Sequence record: SRR31156797_11237
Direction: 5' to 3' (one strand)
DNA: 46,182 nt
A program made the translations under genes and the position numbers. The stretch's first letter is position 1; every line of letters begins with the position of its first letter. Below, piece by piece: positions 1-9,392 of the stretch. A model generated the notes under the pieces. It saw nothing but the letters and a program-made list of their open reading frames with translations. It had not been told where the DNA came from and searched no databases.

Positions 1-81
1 TGTCCGAGTGGCTGAAGGAGCACGCCTGGAAAGTGTGTATACGGCAACGTATCGAGAGTTCGAATCTCTCACTCACCGCCA
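1..81 (+). tRNA. tRNA-Ser (anticodon GGA), 5' end truncated by the window edge
   Basis: Anticodon arm CACGC-CT-GGA-AA-GTGTG (anticodon 28-30), long variable arm ATACG-GCAA-CGTAT, T-arm GAGAG-TTCGAAT-CTCTC, encoded 3' CCA at 79-81. Confidence 0.97.
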
Positions 82-86
82 CATTC

Positions 87-114
87 AAAACCCTAGCAGA
101 AATGCTGGGGTTTT
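87..114 (+). terminator. Intrinsic terminator after tRNA-Ser, probably bidirectional
   Basis: AAAACCCTAGCA-GAAA-TGCTGGGGTTTT hairpin with flanking A and T tracts, between the tRNA and a convergent CDS. Confidence 0.8.
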
Positions 115-152
115 CTCGTTTTAGGAGCATGGCTTAAGAAAGAGTGTCCCTC

Positions 153-1010
153 TCACTTCGCGAGTGGTTTCATCAATGGTTCGCTGGAGTGCTTTGTTGG
201 GTTGTGAGTCATTTCATGTGAATAGAATACGTATGGCACAGAATCACCCTTAGTTTTTGCTTGATACATAGCGATATCTGCCGCTTTAATCAACTCAATA
301 GAATTTTTTATCTTGGTGGAAGACTTAGCAACGCCAATGCTGTACTTAACATCAAATTCTAGACTGTCGATAACATAAGGTTGGAGTTGCGTCTCGACGA
401 CTCTAGAAAGCAAGCTCTCTATATCCTCGTCTGAGTTTTTCTGAAAGGTAGCGATAATGAGGAACTCATCACCGCCGAGGCGTGCAACGGTCTCGTCTTC
501 TCTGATAACTTCAGATAAGCGAAAGCCAACTCGTTTAATCAGCTCATCACCTATGTTGTGTCCATAGGTGTCATTCACGGCTTTGAAGTTGTTAAAGTCG
601 AGGAAGGCAACCACAACTTGCCCACCATAACGGTTTACACGGAGTAATTGTTTATCCAGTCTATCTAATGCCAATATACGGTTGGGTAGTAGGGTGATTG
701 GGTCATAATAGGCATGCTTAATGATCTGTTTGTTAAGAGTCCTGATGTCTTTCATCCGTCGAATACCGTATATGATGGCACCAACACCAATCCAAAAACA
801 GCTGAGCAACACCTCATCCATCTCCCATTCTTCATGCTCTCTGGTAAAGTCATAGAGAATTTCGAATGCTTCAAACTCTAGATACATCGTGATTGCGATA
901 AGTACCACAATCGAAACTATCCCAATAACCAAATCTAATCGCGCAGACCTTTGCAACCGTGTTACAACGGATGGCTGAAGGTGGCTTGGAGTATTTGATT
1001 TGAATGGCAT
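153..1010 (-). CDS. Membrane-anchored GGDEF diguanylate cyclase
   Basis: Two hydrophobic N-terminal segments; DPITLLPNR, FLDFNNFKAVNDTYGH, RLGGDEF, SIGVA, ADIAMYQAK motifs. Confidence 0.92.
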   Translation of the reverse strand: MPFKSNTPSHLQPSVVTRLQRSARLDLVIGIVSIVVLIAITMYLEFEAFEILYDFTREHEEWEMDEVLLSCFWIGVGAIIYGIRRMKDIRTLNKQIIKHAYYDPITLLPNRILALDRLDKQLLRVNRYGGQVVVAFLDFNNFKAVNDTYGHNIGDELIKRVGFRLSEVIREDETVARLGGDEFLIIATFQKNSDEDIESLLSRVVETQLQPYVIDSLEFDVKYSIGVAKSSTKIKNSIELIKAADIAMYQAKTKGDSVPYVFYSHEMTHNPTKHSSEPLMKPLAK

Positions 1011-1308
1011 AGTTATACCTCAGAGTAATATACATTCAGTCACTTATAAGTATAACCTTACCCTCCAAATCCACCATTAATCAGAGGTAATGTCTGCGAC
1101 TTTAGATGCTTGCAGTTCATTTTTTTGAAGTGGGAAAGGTTTATATTTTTTTCTTCTTTGATCGGATTAATACTTTCTGCCCAAACTAAGGTTAGCACTT
1201 TTTATATTTCCTTAAACTAATGTAGTATTACCGTATATTATCTGTTTCTTGCTAAATATTGATTTGGTGAGTGTGTGGGTGTTGAATGAAGTCTGGGAAG
1301 TGCAATTG

Positions 1309-2517
1309 ATGAAGTTCAAAGCTTGGGGAATATCGGTTGCCGCTTTAATGGCTTCTCATTTCGCGTATTCGAGTACCGATGTGGTCGATGTGCGAGGGTT
1401 TGGCACGTTAAGTGGAACCTACTCGGATTCTGAACAATTGGCTTTTCGTCGTGATATGACCCAAGAAGGTATCACGCGACAGGTGAGTTTGAAATCGGAC
1501 TCCTTACTTGGTTTACAAACAGACATTCATTTTACCGAAGCGCTCAAAGCGTCAGTTCAAGTGGTTGCTAAAGATAGAATCAATAACAGCTTGAATGAAT
1601 CTATTACTTGGGCCAATTTGAGTTACGATTTTGATAATGCTTGGAACCTTCGTGCAGGCAGAATTGGCAGTGATCTCACGTTAATTGGTGATATAGGCAA
1701 TATTGGTTATGCCTATGATTGGGTAAGGCCACCCGCAGATTTTTACAGTGCTATCCCTTTTTATCATTTCGATGGTGCTGAGTTGCTATATCGTCACTCT
1801 CTTAGAGAAGGGCATATTTCCGCTAAAGTTTTTTACGGACGATCCGGCAGTTCCTTTAAGTATCATACCAGTGAGTCTGAATTTGATCTTGTGCCTTTCT
1901 CCGGTGCTGCGATTCGATATGAGAATGGCGGTTTCACCTATAGAATGGCTTACGCCAGAACTGAAATCGACTCGGTAAAGCAGTCTGGGATAGAGAAACT
2001 AACACAATCGTTAGCCGCCAATGTTTACTTACCGGGAGTGGTGGCTACTTTAAATCAGTTGGATAACAGAAACTCACCGATAGATTATTACGCAACCGGT
2101 TTTGAGTATCGCTATATGAGCTGGAAATGGTTGGCAGAAGCATCATTTATGGATACAGAGATGGCGCTAGTGCTTCCTTCTGTTTCTGCCTATACCGGCT
2201 TGGTTAAGCGTTTTAACAACTTTGCTTTGTTCGGGCTACTGGCTCATGCACGTACAACACAGTCCCCATACTCTGCTGACTCACAACTTCCAGAGTATTA
2301 CCGCTCAATTGTTCAACATGGATTGGATTCTACGGATTTTGAACAAACAACCGCGTCCATCGGCATGCGTTGGGACATCGCTACGAACATTGCCTTAAAA
2401 GGTCAGTGGGACAGAAGCTGGGTCACCGCAAACAAAGATTTGTTGTGGGACGGCGATCAGATATCAACTGACGAACAAGTTAATGTGTTCTCTCTCAGCA
2501 TGAGCTTTATTTTCTGA
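1309..2517 (+). CDS. Outer-membrane beta-barrel (porin-like) protein of unknown function
   Basis: Signal peptide from ATG 1309 (MKFKAWGISVAALMASHFAYS), amphipathic beta-strand pattern, C-terminal Phe (SMSFIF); ORF track starts at an upstream TTG (1249). Confidence 0.75.
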   Translation: MKFKAWGISVAALMASHFAYSSTDVVDVRGFGTLSGTYSDSEQLAFRRDMTQEGITRQVSLKSDSLLGLQTDIHFTEALKASVQVVAKDRINNSLNESITWANLSYDFDNAWNLRAGRIGSDLTLIGDIGNIGYAYDWVRPPADFYSAIPFYHFDGAELLYRHSLREGHISAKVFYGRSGSSFKYHTSESEFDLVPFSGAAIRYENGGFTYRMAYARTEIDSVKQSGIEKLTQSLAANVYLPGVVATLNQLDNRNSPIDYYATGFEYRYMSWKWLAEASFMDTEMALVLPSVSAYTGLVKRFNNFALFGLLAHARTTQSPYSADSQLPEYYRSIVQHGLDSTDFEQTTASIGMRWDIATNIALKGQWDRSWVTANKDLLWDGDQISTDEQVNVFSLSMSFIF

Positions 2518-2966
2518 TGCTTATGAAAAGATATTCTGTGTTACTTGCGGTGTTAATTATCTGCATTCCGTTGAAGGGATGGGGGCAAGAGTTGCTGGTT
2601 ATCGTCAATAAACAAAATCCGATGAATATCATCAGTAAAGAGCAAGTGATTGATTTGTTTATGGGACGTACCCCTTACTTTCCTTCAGGAGATCCGGTGG
2701 TAAAACTGGATGCGCCTAGTGCTTCTGAGGTAAGGAAAGATTTTTATCAAACGCTAGTTCAGATGTCTCTGCCTGAAATTAATGCTTACTGGGCTAGGCT
2801 GATGTTTAGTGGTAGAGCGACTCCACCAATGCAGGTGCCTCAAGAGCAGGATATCGTTAACTTGGTTGCTGATAATATCAACGCAATCGGCTATATCTCT
2901 AAGCCGTTATCTGGAGAATTGAATGACGACGTTAAAACGATTTTCGTTATCTCAATGGGCCAGTAG
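2517..2966 (+). CDS. Small periplasmic protein of the short 'phosphate-ABC substrate-binding-like' family
   Basis: Signal peptide; VIVNKQNP, IDLFMGR, YWARLMFSGRATPP, NAIGYI motifs; ATG overlaps the upstream stop (TGATG). Confidence 0.75.
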   Translation: MLMKRYSVLLAVLIICIPLKGWGQELLVIVNKQNPMNIISKEQVIDLFMGRTPYFPSGDPVVKLDAPSASEVRKDFYQTLVQMSLPEINAYWARLMFSGRATPPMQVPQEQDIVNLVADNINAIGYISKPLSGELNDDVKTIFVISMGQ

Positions 2967-4527
2967 CCGAATAGGGTTCAAGTTGATGGCCGCAATCGTG
3001 ATTGTTGCCATCATTTTTATCCCTATTACTAGCTTAGTCAGTTACCAATACACCTATATCGAAGAGCAGCAAGCGGCACAAGAGCGGGTGAGTCGTATTG
3101 TTGATATGGTCAGAGATAATGCCGCAATGGCGGCTTACCTAAGCGACAACTCATTGGCCTCGGATGTGGTGTCAAGTCTGTCCCGAAACCCTGAGATAAA
3201 AGCGGTTCGCTTTAGTATTGCAAGCGATGCCTTGTTTATATCGGGTAGTGTTCCTGATAGCGAGGGAAACATTGTTGAGAATTTGTCTCCCTCATTCAGC
3301 GACACTAAAGTCGGTAAGTTGGAACTATTTTTAGATTACTCATACATCAACAATTATGCGCAAGATAAGGCCGTTTCACTGGTTGTTTGGCAATCATTTT
3401 TGCTGTTGCTCATTCTTGTGTGCGTGTACATTATTTTTCGTCAGTTGGTTTCTAAGCCTCTTAATCATCTATTAGAGCAGATAAATAGTACGCCAGTTGA
3501 TGGCCTTCAATCAGAAAAAAACATTCATGTTTCTTCCAATGATGAGATCGGTTTTCTTGCGGAAAATACCAACAACTTAATGAACCGCATATCGAACTTT
3601 TATCGTAGTGAAGCGGAGAAAAACCAACAAATTGTTGAGTTGGAGAAGCAGTTTCGGATCATTTTTGAGTACTCGCATGCGGGTATTGCTTTGATCGGAG
3701 AAGATAATCGAATTTATATTGCTAATCAGTCATTTAAAGATACAACTCAATGTGGTGACAGTGAGCAAGACCCTATCTATTTGCCTCAGATCTTTGATAA
3801 CTCGAATGAGTTTGAATCTTTACTTCAAACGGTGCGTGAAAAAGGCAAGAGTCTGTTTAAAGATTTCCGTCTTAACAATGATCCAGACATCTGGCTACGA
3901 GTTCTGTTTTCTCACGTTGCGTATGAACAAAGCCGTGATACGGAGAAGTTTGTTGAGTTAGTGGTTTATGATATTTCAGATAGAGCTCATAAAGAGAAAG
4001 CGTTTGTCTATAACGCTAACCACGATTCGTTGACGGGGATATTCAACCGCCGAGGAGCTGAGACAAGGTTCAAAGAGCAGTGTAATTTGGCTCAGCAGCA
4101 AGGCTCTCACTTCGCGATGTTTTGGCTTGATCTCAATGATTTTAAAATTGTGAATGATGAATATGGTCACGAAGCCGGGGACATTGTGCTTAAGGAACTG
4201 AGTTCTCGTTTACGCAGTGTGTCTCGTCCTGATGATATTGTTGCGCGATGGGGAGGCGATGAGTTTGTTGTCGCGATTTGCTTGAATGATCTTGCAGTGT
4301 TACCCAGCATCTTAAAAGATATGCAAAATGCTTTTATCACTCCGATAGAAATCAGCGATAACCTTTCTGTTACTGTTGGGGCAAGTATCGGAGTCAGTAC
4401 TTCTTTGAACTTAGGGTACGATGTTGAAAAACTCCTGATCCGGGCTGATCAAATGATGTATCAAGTGAAACGCCAGGGAAAATCTGGCGTTAAGCTGGAT
4501 GGTTTATCATTCGAAAACTTGCCTTAA
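2923..4527 (+). CDS. Sensor diguanylate cyclase (TM-periplasmic-TM-HAMP-PAS-GGDEF)
   Basis: Two TM helices, HAMP (KPLNHL...NDEIGFLA), PAS-like (FRIIFEYSHAGIALI), HDSLTGIFNRR, RPDDIVARWGGDEF; GGAG upstream of ATG 2923. Confidence 0.92.
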   Translation: MTTLKRFSLSQWASSRIGFKLMAAIVIVAIIFIPITSLVSYQYTYIEEQQAAQERVSRIVDMVRDNAAMAAYLSDNSLASDVVSSLSRNPEIKAVRFSIASDALFISGSVPDSEGNIVENLSPSFSDTKVGKLELFLDYSYINNYAQDKAVSLVVWQSFLLLLILVCVYIIFRQLVSKPLNHLLEQINSTPVDGLQSEKNIHVSSNDEIGFLAENTNNLMNRISNFYRSEAEKNQQIVELEKQFRIIFEYSHAGIALIGEDNRIYIANQSFKDTTQCGDSEQDPIYLPQIFDNSNEFESLLQTVREKGKSLFKDFRLNNDPDIWLRVLFSHVAYEQSRDTEKFVELVVYDISDRAHKEKAFVYNANHDSLTGIFNRRGAETRFKEQCNLAQQQGSHFAMFWLDLNDFKIVNDEYGHEAGDIVLKELSSRLRSVSRPDDIVARWGGDEFVVAICLNDLAVLPSILKDMQNAFITPIEISDNLSVTVGASIGVSTSLNLGYDVEKLLIRADQMMYQVKRQGKSGVKLDGLSFENLP

Positions 4528-4655
4528 CTCATGTATGCCGTTGTTCCCATTTTGCAGTAATGCTGGATGTTTATGGGTCAGTTTGAGCAGGAACTCTTCC
4601 TCCAACGGAACCATTAATGGTAACGTTAAACTAAATAGCGTCAGGAAGAAAAACC

Positions 4656-5486
4656 ATGAGCAACGATCAGTTACTGCAAGAGTTACAAGAGAACGCCTGT
4701 TTAGATTTAGTAAAACTGTACCAAGCGGATACTCACCGTCATTTTTATGATTTAGTGGGAACGCTATATCAGTTAAAGAAACAGCAAGGTCTCGATACTC
4801 GAATATCTCGTTTTAAAACCGAAGTCGAAAACCTAACTCAAGGTTTAGATGCTTCAAATGTTACTCCACAGCAGTTTGAGCAGTTAGTTGAGACGTTAGA
4901 CTTAAATCAGAGAACCCAAAAAGTGGCGCGTTATATTCAAACTCAAGACAATCATCTCACGTTTGCCAAACCGGTAGACTTAGTGATGTTTGGCGACTCC
5001 ATTACCGAGTGGGGACCATGGCACGATGCATTGACGATACCACTAGCAAACCGAGGGTTAGGTGGTGATACGACCGATGGCATGCTTCGACGCATTGATG
5101 TGACCACCGTTTGCCAGCCAAAACTGGTCTGTATTATGGCGGGCATTAACGACCTTGCTCAAGGGTACAGCGTTGATGAAATCACTGCGAACTATGAACA
5201 AATGTTGAGCCATTGGCAGCAAGGTGGCATTGACGTGTGGGTGCAATCTACCTTGTACGTTGGCCAGCGTTTGTGCCAATTGAACCCTTTAGTGACACAA
5301 TTGAATGAGAATTTGCAATCACTGTGCGCTGAGAAAAATCTTCGTTTCATCGATGTGAACGCTATTTTATGCCCTGAAAAAGTATTGCCGTTAACTTGCA
5401 GCGCAGATGATCTTCACTTGAATGCTTTTGCTTACGGGAAGTGGATATCTCATTTGAACGATTTACTTGAAGAACATTTTCGGTAA
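4656..5486 (+). CDS. SGNH/GDSL hydrolase with an N-terminal extension
   Basis: Blocks FGDSIT, NRGLGGDTT, MAGIND and DDLHLN. Confidence 0.88.
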   Translation: MSNDQLLQELQENACLDLVKLYQADTHRHFYDLVGTLYQLKKQQGLDTRISRFKTEVENLTQGLDASNVTPQQFEQLVETLDLNQRTQKVARYIQTQDNHLTFAKPVDLVMFGDSITEWGPWHDALTIPLANRGLGGDTTDGMLRRIDVTTVCQPKLVCIMAGINDLAQGYSVDEITANYEQMLSHWQQGGIDVWVQSTLYVGQRLCQLNPLVTQLNENLQSLCAEKNLRFIDVNAILCPEKVLPLTCSADDLHLNAFAYGKWISHLNDLLEEHFR

Positions 5487-5676
5487 GCGCCAATATGAGG
5501 CTGTGTTGCACTAAGTTGGTGAAATTGAATAATTAAAATTTACGGTGAGAGCCTGTCTACATAGTTTTTTATGAACTAGCCTGATGGCAAGATTATTGCT
5601 TTGTTGTTAATAAAATATTAAAAATCCCAATCAAGGGGTTGCAATAAAGTTAATCTTGCTCGTTAAGGAATTTGAC

Positions 5677-6618
5677 ATGTCAACTAAGTTTACCCTGAAG
5701 CAACTTAGATATTTTGTCGTTGCAGGGGAACACGGAAGTGTTACCAAAGCCGCCTCGCTAATGTTTGTGTCACAACCATCAATTTCTGCAGCCATTCAGC
5801 ATCTGGAGCATGTTACAGGGCTTCAGTTATTCGTGCGCCACCATGCTCAAGGGCTGTCATTGACGCCACAAGGTTATCAGTTTTATTACAAAGCCAAATC
5901 CTTGTTGAATGATGCTGATAATTTGTCTCGTTTTGCAGAAACTTTGGGTACCGAGATCTCTGGAGTACTTAATGTTGTTGGCTTCCCGACTTTTACATCG
6001 TTAATGATGCCAATGATGCTGAAACAGTTTGTCGAAAAGTATCCCGCCGTTGATGTACTGTGTGATGAACTCCATCAGAAGGATATTATTTCAGGTATTA
6101 ACAATTGTAAGTACGAACTGGCAATTACTTATGATATGCAGCTTCCGGACAATATTGAATTTATTCCTCTGATGACGATGCCTCCTTATGTGGCCGTGTG
6201 TGCGGATCATCCATTGGCGAAGCACTCAATTTTATCGATAGAAGAGCTGGTGGACTATCCAATGGTGATGCTCGACTGGCCGATGAGTAAACAGTACTTC
6301 AGCTCATTGTTTTATAGCTATGGAGTAGAACCTAAAATCGCCTTTAATGCTCATTCTTTGGGTATGGCACAAGGGTTAGTCGAAAATGGGCTTGGTTATA
6401 CATTGCTTAACACTCCAATGCGTGATGACGGAGTAAACAGTAAGTTGGTTTCCATTCCGTTAAAAGGTAATTTGCTTCCGTTGACTATGGGTGTCGCTAA
6501 GCTCAAACAAACACGATTATCACCGGTCGGAAATGCATTTTTGAACGTGTTGAAGAGTATCAATACGCAACCACAAAAACATGCACCTTATTCTTTAGTG
6601 ACATCACTCGCATCATAA
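5677..6618 (+). CDS. LysR-family regulator (HinK-like)
   Basis: FTLKQLRYF...SVTKAA...VSQPSIS HTH; RHHAQGLSLTP; AAGGA RBS before ATG 5677; adjacent to hinFLH-like genes. Confidence 0.9.
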   Translation: MSTKFTLKQLRYFVVAGEHGSVTKAASLMFVSQPSISAAIQHLEHVTGLQLFVRHHAQGLSLTPQGYQFYYKAKSLLNDADNLSRFAETLGTEISGVLNVVGFPTFTSLMMPMMLKQFVEKYPAVDVLCDELHQKDIISGINNCKYELAITYDMQLPDNIEFIPLMTMPPYVAVCADHPLAKHSILSIEELVDYPMVMLDWPMSKQYFSSLFYSYGVEPKIAFNAHSLGMAQGLVENGLGYTLLNTPMRDDGVNSKLVSIPLKGNLLPLTMGVAKLKQTRLSPVGNAFLNVLKSINTQPQKHAPYSLVTSLAS

Positions 6619-6666
6619 ACCGTAATAGGTTCTTGTTGGTGTGTCAGTAAAAAGCACGCGATTGTT

Positions 6667-6706
6667 TAAACCACAAAGCCAGAGCACAAGCACTGGCTTT
6701 GGTTTA
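6667..6706. terminator. Hairpin between convergent genes, likely bidirectional terminator
   Basis: TAAACC-AC-AAAGCCAG...CTGGCTTT-GGTTTA inverted repeat. Confidence 0.65.
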
Positions 6707-6724
6707 TCTCACAAATACACTGAA

Positions 6725-7399
6725 TTATTCGTCTCCGGGAACACCATAACTGGCTGCAGTACTTGGGTTGTCAGCTCGCAACATATAATCTCTCATTTGC
6801 GGTTTATATACAGCCCAGGCTTCGCGAAGTTTCTGTAGTGGATCATCGTCCCAGTCAACACGTAAATCGACTTCTGGCCATGAATGTTCAATGCATACCA
6901 TTAACCCTGCTGATTTCAGTTCACCCAGTTCGCCACCTTGGTCGATACCTGCGGCTAGTGCTTCAATAAGCCGTTCAGCAAGTGCCATATCAGAGTTAGC
7001 TTCAAACGATTCTGTCATCGCCTGAGGAACGGCAACGTTATCCAGTAAGTTACCCATAGCGATACAGTTGAAACCGTGGCTGGTATTGAATATGCCAAGT
7101 GATTGCTGACCACTGAAGGCTGCTCCATTACCCATAGTATCAAGCACGCCAAGTTGTCGGTACTCAATATGTGGGTCAGCCAACTTAAGTTGCTCCAGTG
7201 CTTGGGTTGCTGTTGCCCCTTCACTGAGAAGTGCAAGTCCCAATGATCCTAGAGCCGGATTGGTAATGTTTTGTGTCAGTGTCACTCCGGTTTTAGCTTG
7301 AACAAAAGCGCAGCGACTTGCGACACTAATACTCGAAGAGGAGATGACACAGCCAAAGGTTTTGGTTTTCGAGCAATAGCCTGCAATCGATATTGTCAT
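6725..7399 (-). CDS. DUF1028 Ntn-hydrolase-like protein (HinH-like)
   Basis: Start MTISIAG with Thr2 and AAGGAGG RBS; SSSISVASRC, TQN, YRQL, GNLL, SAGL, VDLRVD motifs. Confidence 0.85.
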   Translation of the reverse strand: MTISIAGYCSKTKTFGCVISSSSISVASRCAFVQAKTGVTLTQNITNPALGSLGLALLSEGATATQALEQLKLADPHIEYRQLGVLDTMGNGAAFSGQQSLGIFNTSHGFNCIAMGNLLDNVAVPQAMTESFEANSDMALAERLIEALAAGIDQGGELGELKSAGLMVCIEHSWPEVDLRVDWDDDPLQKLREAWAVYKPQMRDYMLRADNPSTAASYGVPGDE

Positions 7400-7416
7400 A
7401 ATGACCTCCTTAAATA

Positions 7417-7827
7417 CTATTCCGGAATAACCGCAATAATGTCTATCTCCATCAACCACTCAGGTTGTGCAAGGCCCGCAACAACTACCCCTGTAGAGAT
7501 TGGGAACACACCTTTTAGCCACTTGCCAACCTCTCGGTATACCGGTTCACGAAAACGAGGGTCGGTAATATAGGTTGTCGTTTTAACGATATGGCTGAGG
7601 TCGGAACCACACTCTTCTAATAATTGCTTTACGTTTTGCATTGCTTGTTTTGCCTGGGCTTCAGGATCGCCTAAACCAACCAGCTTTCCTTCGAAGTCCG
7701 TACCGACCTGGCCACGAACATAGACGGTGTTACCAGCAACCACAGCCTGACATAAGTCATTATCAAGAGATTGATTCGGGTAAGTCTCTTTAGTGTTAAA
7801 CATACGAATACGATTATGTGTTGGCAT
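7417..7827 (-). CDS. RidA-family (YjgF/YER057c/UK114) protein (HinL-like)
   Basis: VYVRGQVG, QAKQAMQNVKQLLEE, VFPISTGVVVAGLAQPEWLMEID. Confidence 0.9.
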   Translation of the reverse strand: MPTHNRIRMFNTKETYPNQSLDNDLCQAVVAGNTVYVRGQVGTDFEGKLVGLGDPEAQAKQAMQNVKQLLEECGSDLSHIVKTTTYITDPRFREPVYREVGKWLKGVFPISTGVVVAGLAQPEWLMEIDIIAVIPE

Positions 7828-7920
7828 GCGTTAAATCCTTTTGAAGATAGTTAATTATTATGCCCAGACAACTTGTTATTAAATAAGTTGTCTGGTTTTA
7901 GAATGACGTTGTTGAATGAA

Positions 7921-9171
7921 TTACAGGGCGTAACCTTCGTAGTTACGTTGTGTGTCGATGTGACCGGCGATGTATTTAGCATCGTGCCATACACCCCAGA
8001 TGAAGGTTGAGCCACGGCGAGATAACCAAGGAAGGCCTAAGAAATAGATACCTCGAACAGGAGCAATACCGCGTTGATGTACAGGGTAGCCACGGTCATC
8101 AAGTACGTCACACTTCAGCCAGCTGTAATCGACGTTAAAGCCCGTTGCCCAAATGATACTTGTGATGCCATTACCTTTGAGGTCAAGCGTCAAAATAGGA
8201 TTTACCATGCACTCTGGTTGGTCGAATACTTTTCTCGCCTCTGGTTCTTGAGGGAAGTCTAACCCGTTACGTTCGATGTAAGCATCCGCTTCATCAAGCA
8301 CGGCAAGGTAGTTTTTGTCACCTTGCTCGACATTGGTGTTGAGATCAGATGCAAAGCTAAGAATGCCATTGCTGCATGACTCAGTACGTCCTAACAGCGT
8401 AATACCTTCGTGAGCCAGCTCTTTGAAATCTATTGTCTTCCCGCCGTCAGTACCACTGACAGCAATCGTGACATGTTCCATTCCTGGTTTCATTGCTGCT
8501 TCATCCCATTTACCAAGAACGCCTAGCCACCATACAAAGTCTTTGCCTCGATAGCTGCGTGGTGGACGATCATGAGGGCCAACAGAAAGGTAGACTTCTT
8601 TACCTGACTGGTTGAGTTCTTTCGCGATTTGTACGCCAGACGAACCTGCGCCAACAACCAGAACCGCACCGTCAGGTAGCTGTTGAGGGTTCATATATTC
8701 AGAAGAGTGCAATTGTTGAACTTCTTCTTCAGCAACAATCGCTGGAACCGATGGAAGCTGAAATGCTCCCGTAGCCGAAACAACACGCTGTGCTTGGATG
8801 GTTCCTTCTGAAGTCTCTACAATAAAGCCCGGAGCACCATGCTTTGGCGTTACCTGCGTGACTTCAACGCCGGTATGAACAGGAGCGTTGAATTTGTCCG
8901 CGTATTTTTCGAAATAGTCGGCGATAGCGTCTTTGTTGACGAAACTATCTTTATCAAACCCTGTGAATTCAAGACCTGGGAAACGGTCGTGCCAGGCTGG
9001 ACCATTTGCTACCAACGAATCCCAACGCTGCGTTCTCCAGCGCTCGGCAATACGGTCACGCTCAAGCACAAGGTGTGAAATATCAAGTGAGGTTAAATGC
9101 TCACTCATCGCAATGCCGGCTTGACCTGCACCAATGACAACGGTGTCAACTTTTGTATTTTCAAACTTCAC
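7921..9171 (-). CDS. Flavin-containing monooxygenase (HinF-like, putative imidazoleacetate monooxygenase)
   Basis: FAD motif VIGAGQAG, RWDSL, QLHSSEY FMO fingerprint, NADPH motif VVGAGSSG, IIWATGF; GTG start. Confidence 0.88.
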   Translation of the reverse strand: MKFENTKVDTVVIGAGQAGIAMSEHLTSLDISHLVLERDRIAERWRTQRWDSLVANGPAWHDRFPGLEFTGFDKDSFVNKDAIADYFEKYADKFNAPVHTGVEVTQVTPKHGAPGFIVETSEGTIQAQRVVSATGAFQLPSVPAIVAEEEVQQLHSSEYMNPQQLPDGAVLVVGAGSSGVQIAKELNQSGKEVYLSVGPHDRPPRSYRGKDFVWWLGVLGKWDEAAMKPGMEHVTIAVSGTDGGKTIDFKELAHEGITLLGRTESCSNGILSFASDLNTNVEQGDKNYLAVLDEADAYIERNGLDFPQEPEARKVFDQPECMVNPILTLDLKGNGITSIIWATGFNVDYSWLKCDVLDDRGYPVHQRGIAPVRGIYFLGLPWLSRRGSTFIWGVWHDAKYIAGHIDTQRNYEGYAL

Positions 9172-9263
9172 TATTTAATCCCTTTTATTATTCGTTTTAT
9201 CCGATGGGAGAAATAGTAGGTCAGCCTTTTTTATCGATAAAATACTATTAATTAAACCTCTGC

Positions 9264-9278
9264 ATAAGAAAATATTAT
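9264..9278. promoter_or_regulatory. Candidate LysR box in the divergent monooxygenase/aldehyde dehydrogenase promoter region
   Basis: ATAA-N7-TTAT dyad satisfying T-N11-A; the region is AT-rich, so a chance match is possible. Confidence 0.4.
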
Positions 9279-9392
9279 CCAATAAACCATCTTATTAAGT
9301 TTAACTGATAATTCATTTACGCTATTAATAACAGTCGGAGAAAGAAAGCTAATGATATTTCTATTTAAAGGATTAAAAATAAGGAGAATATC

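Noticed and set aside
2517-2966. Phosphate ABC transporter (PstS) assignment
   Set aside because: Half the expected length and no pstCAB-like genes
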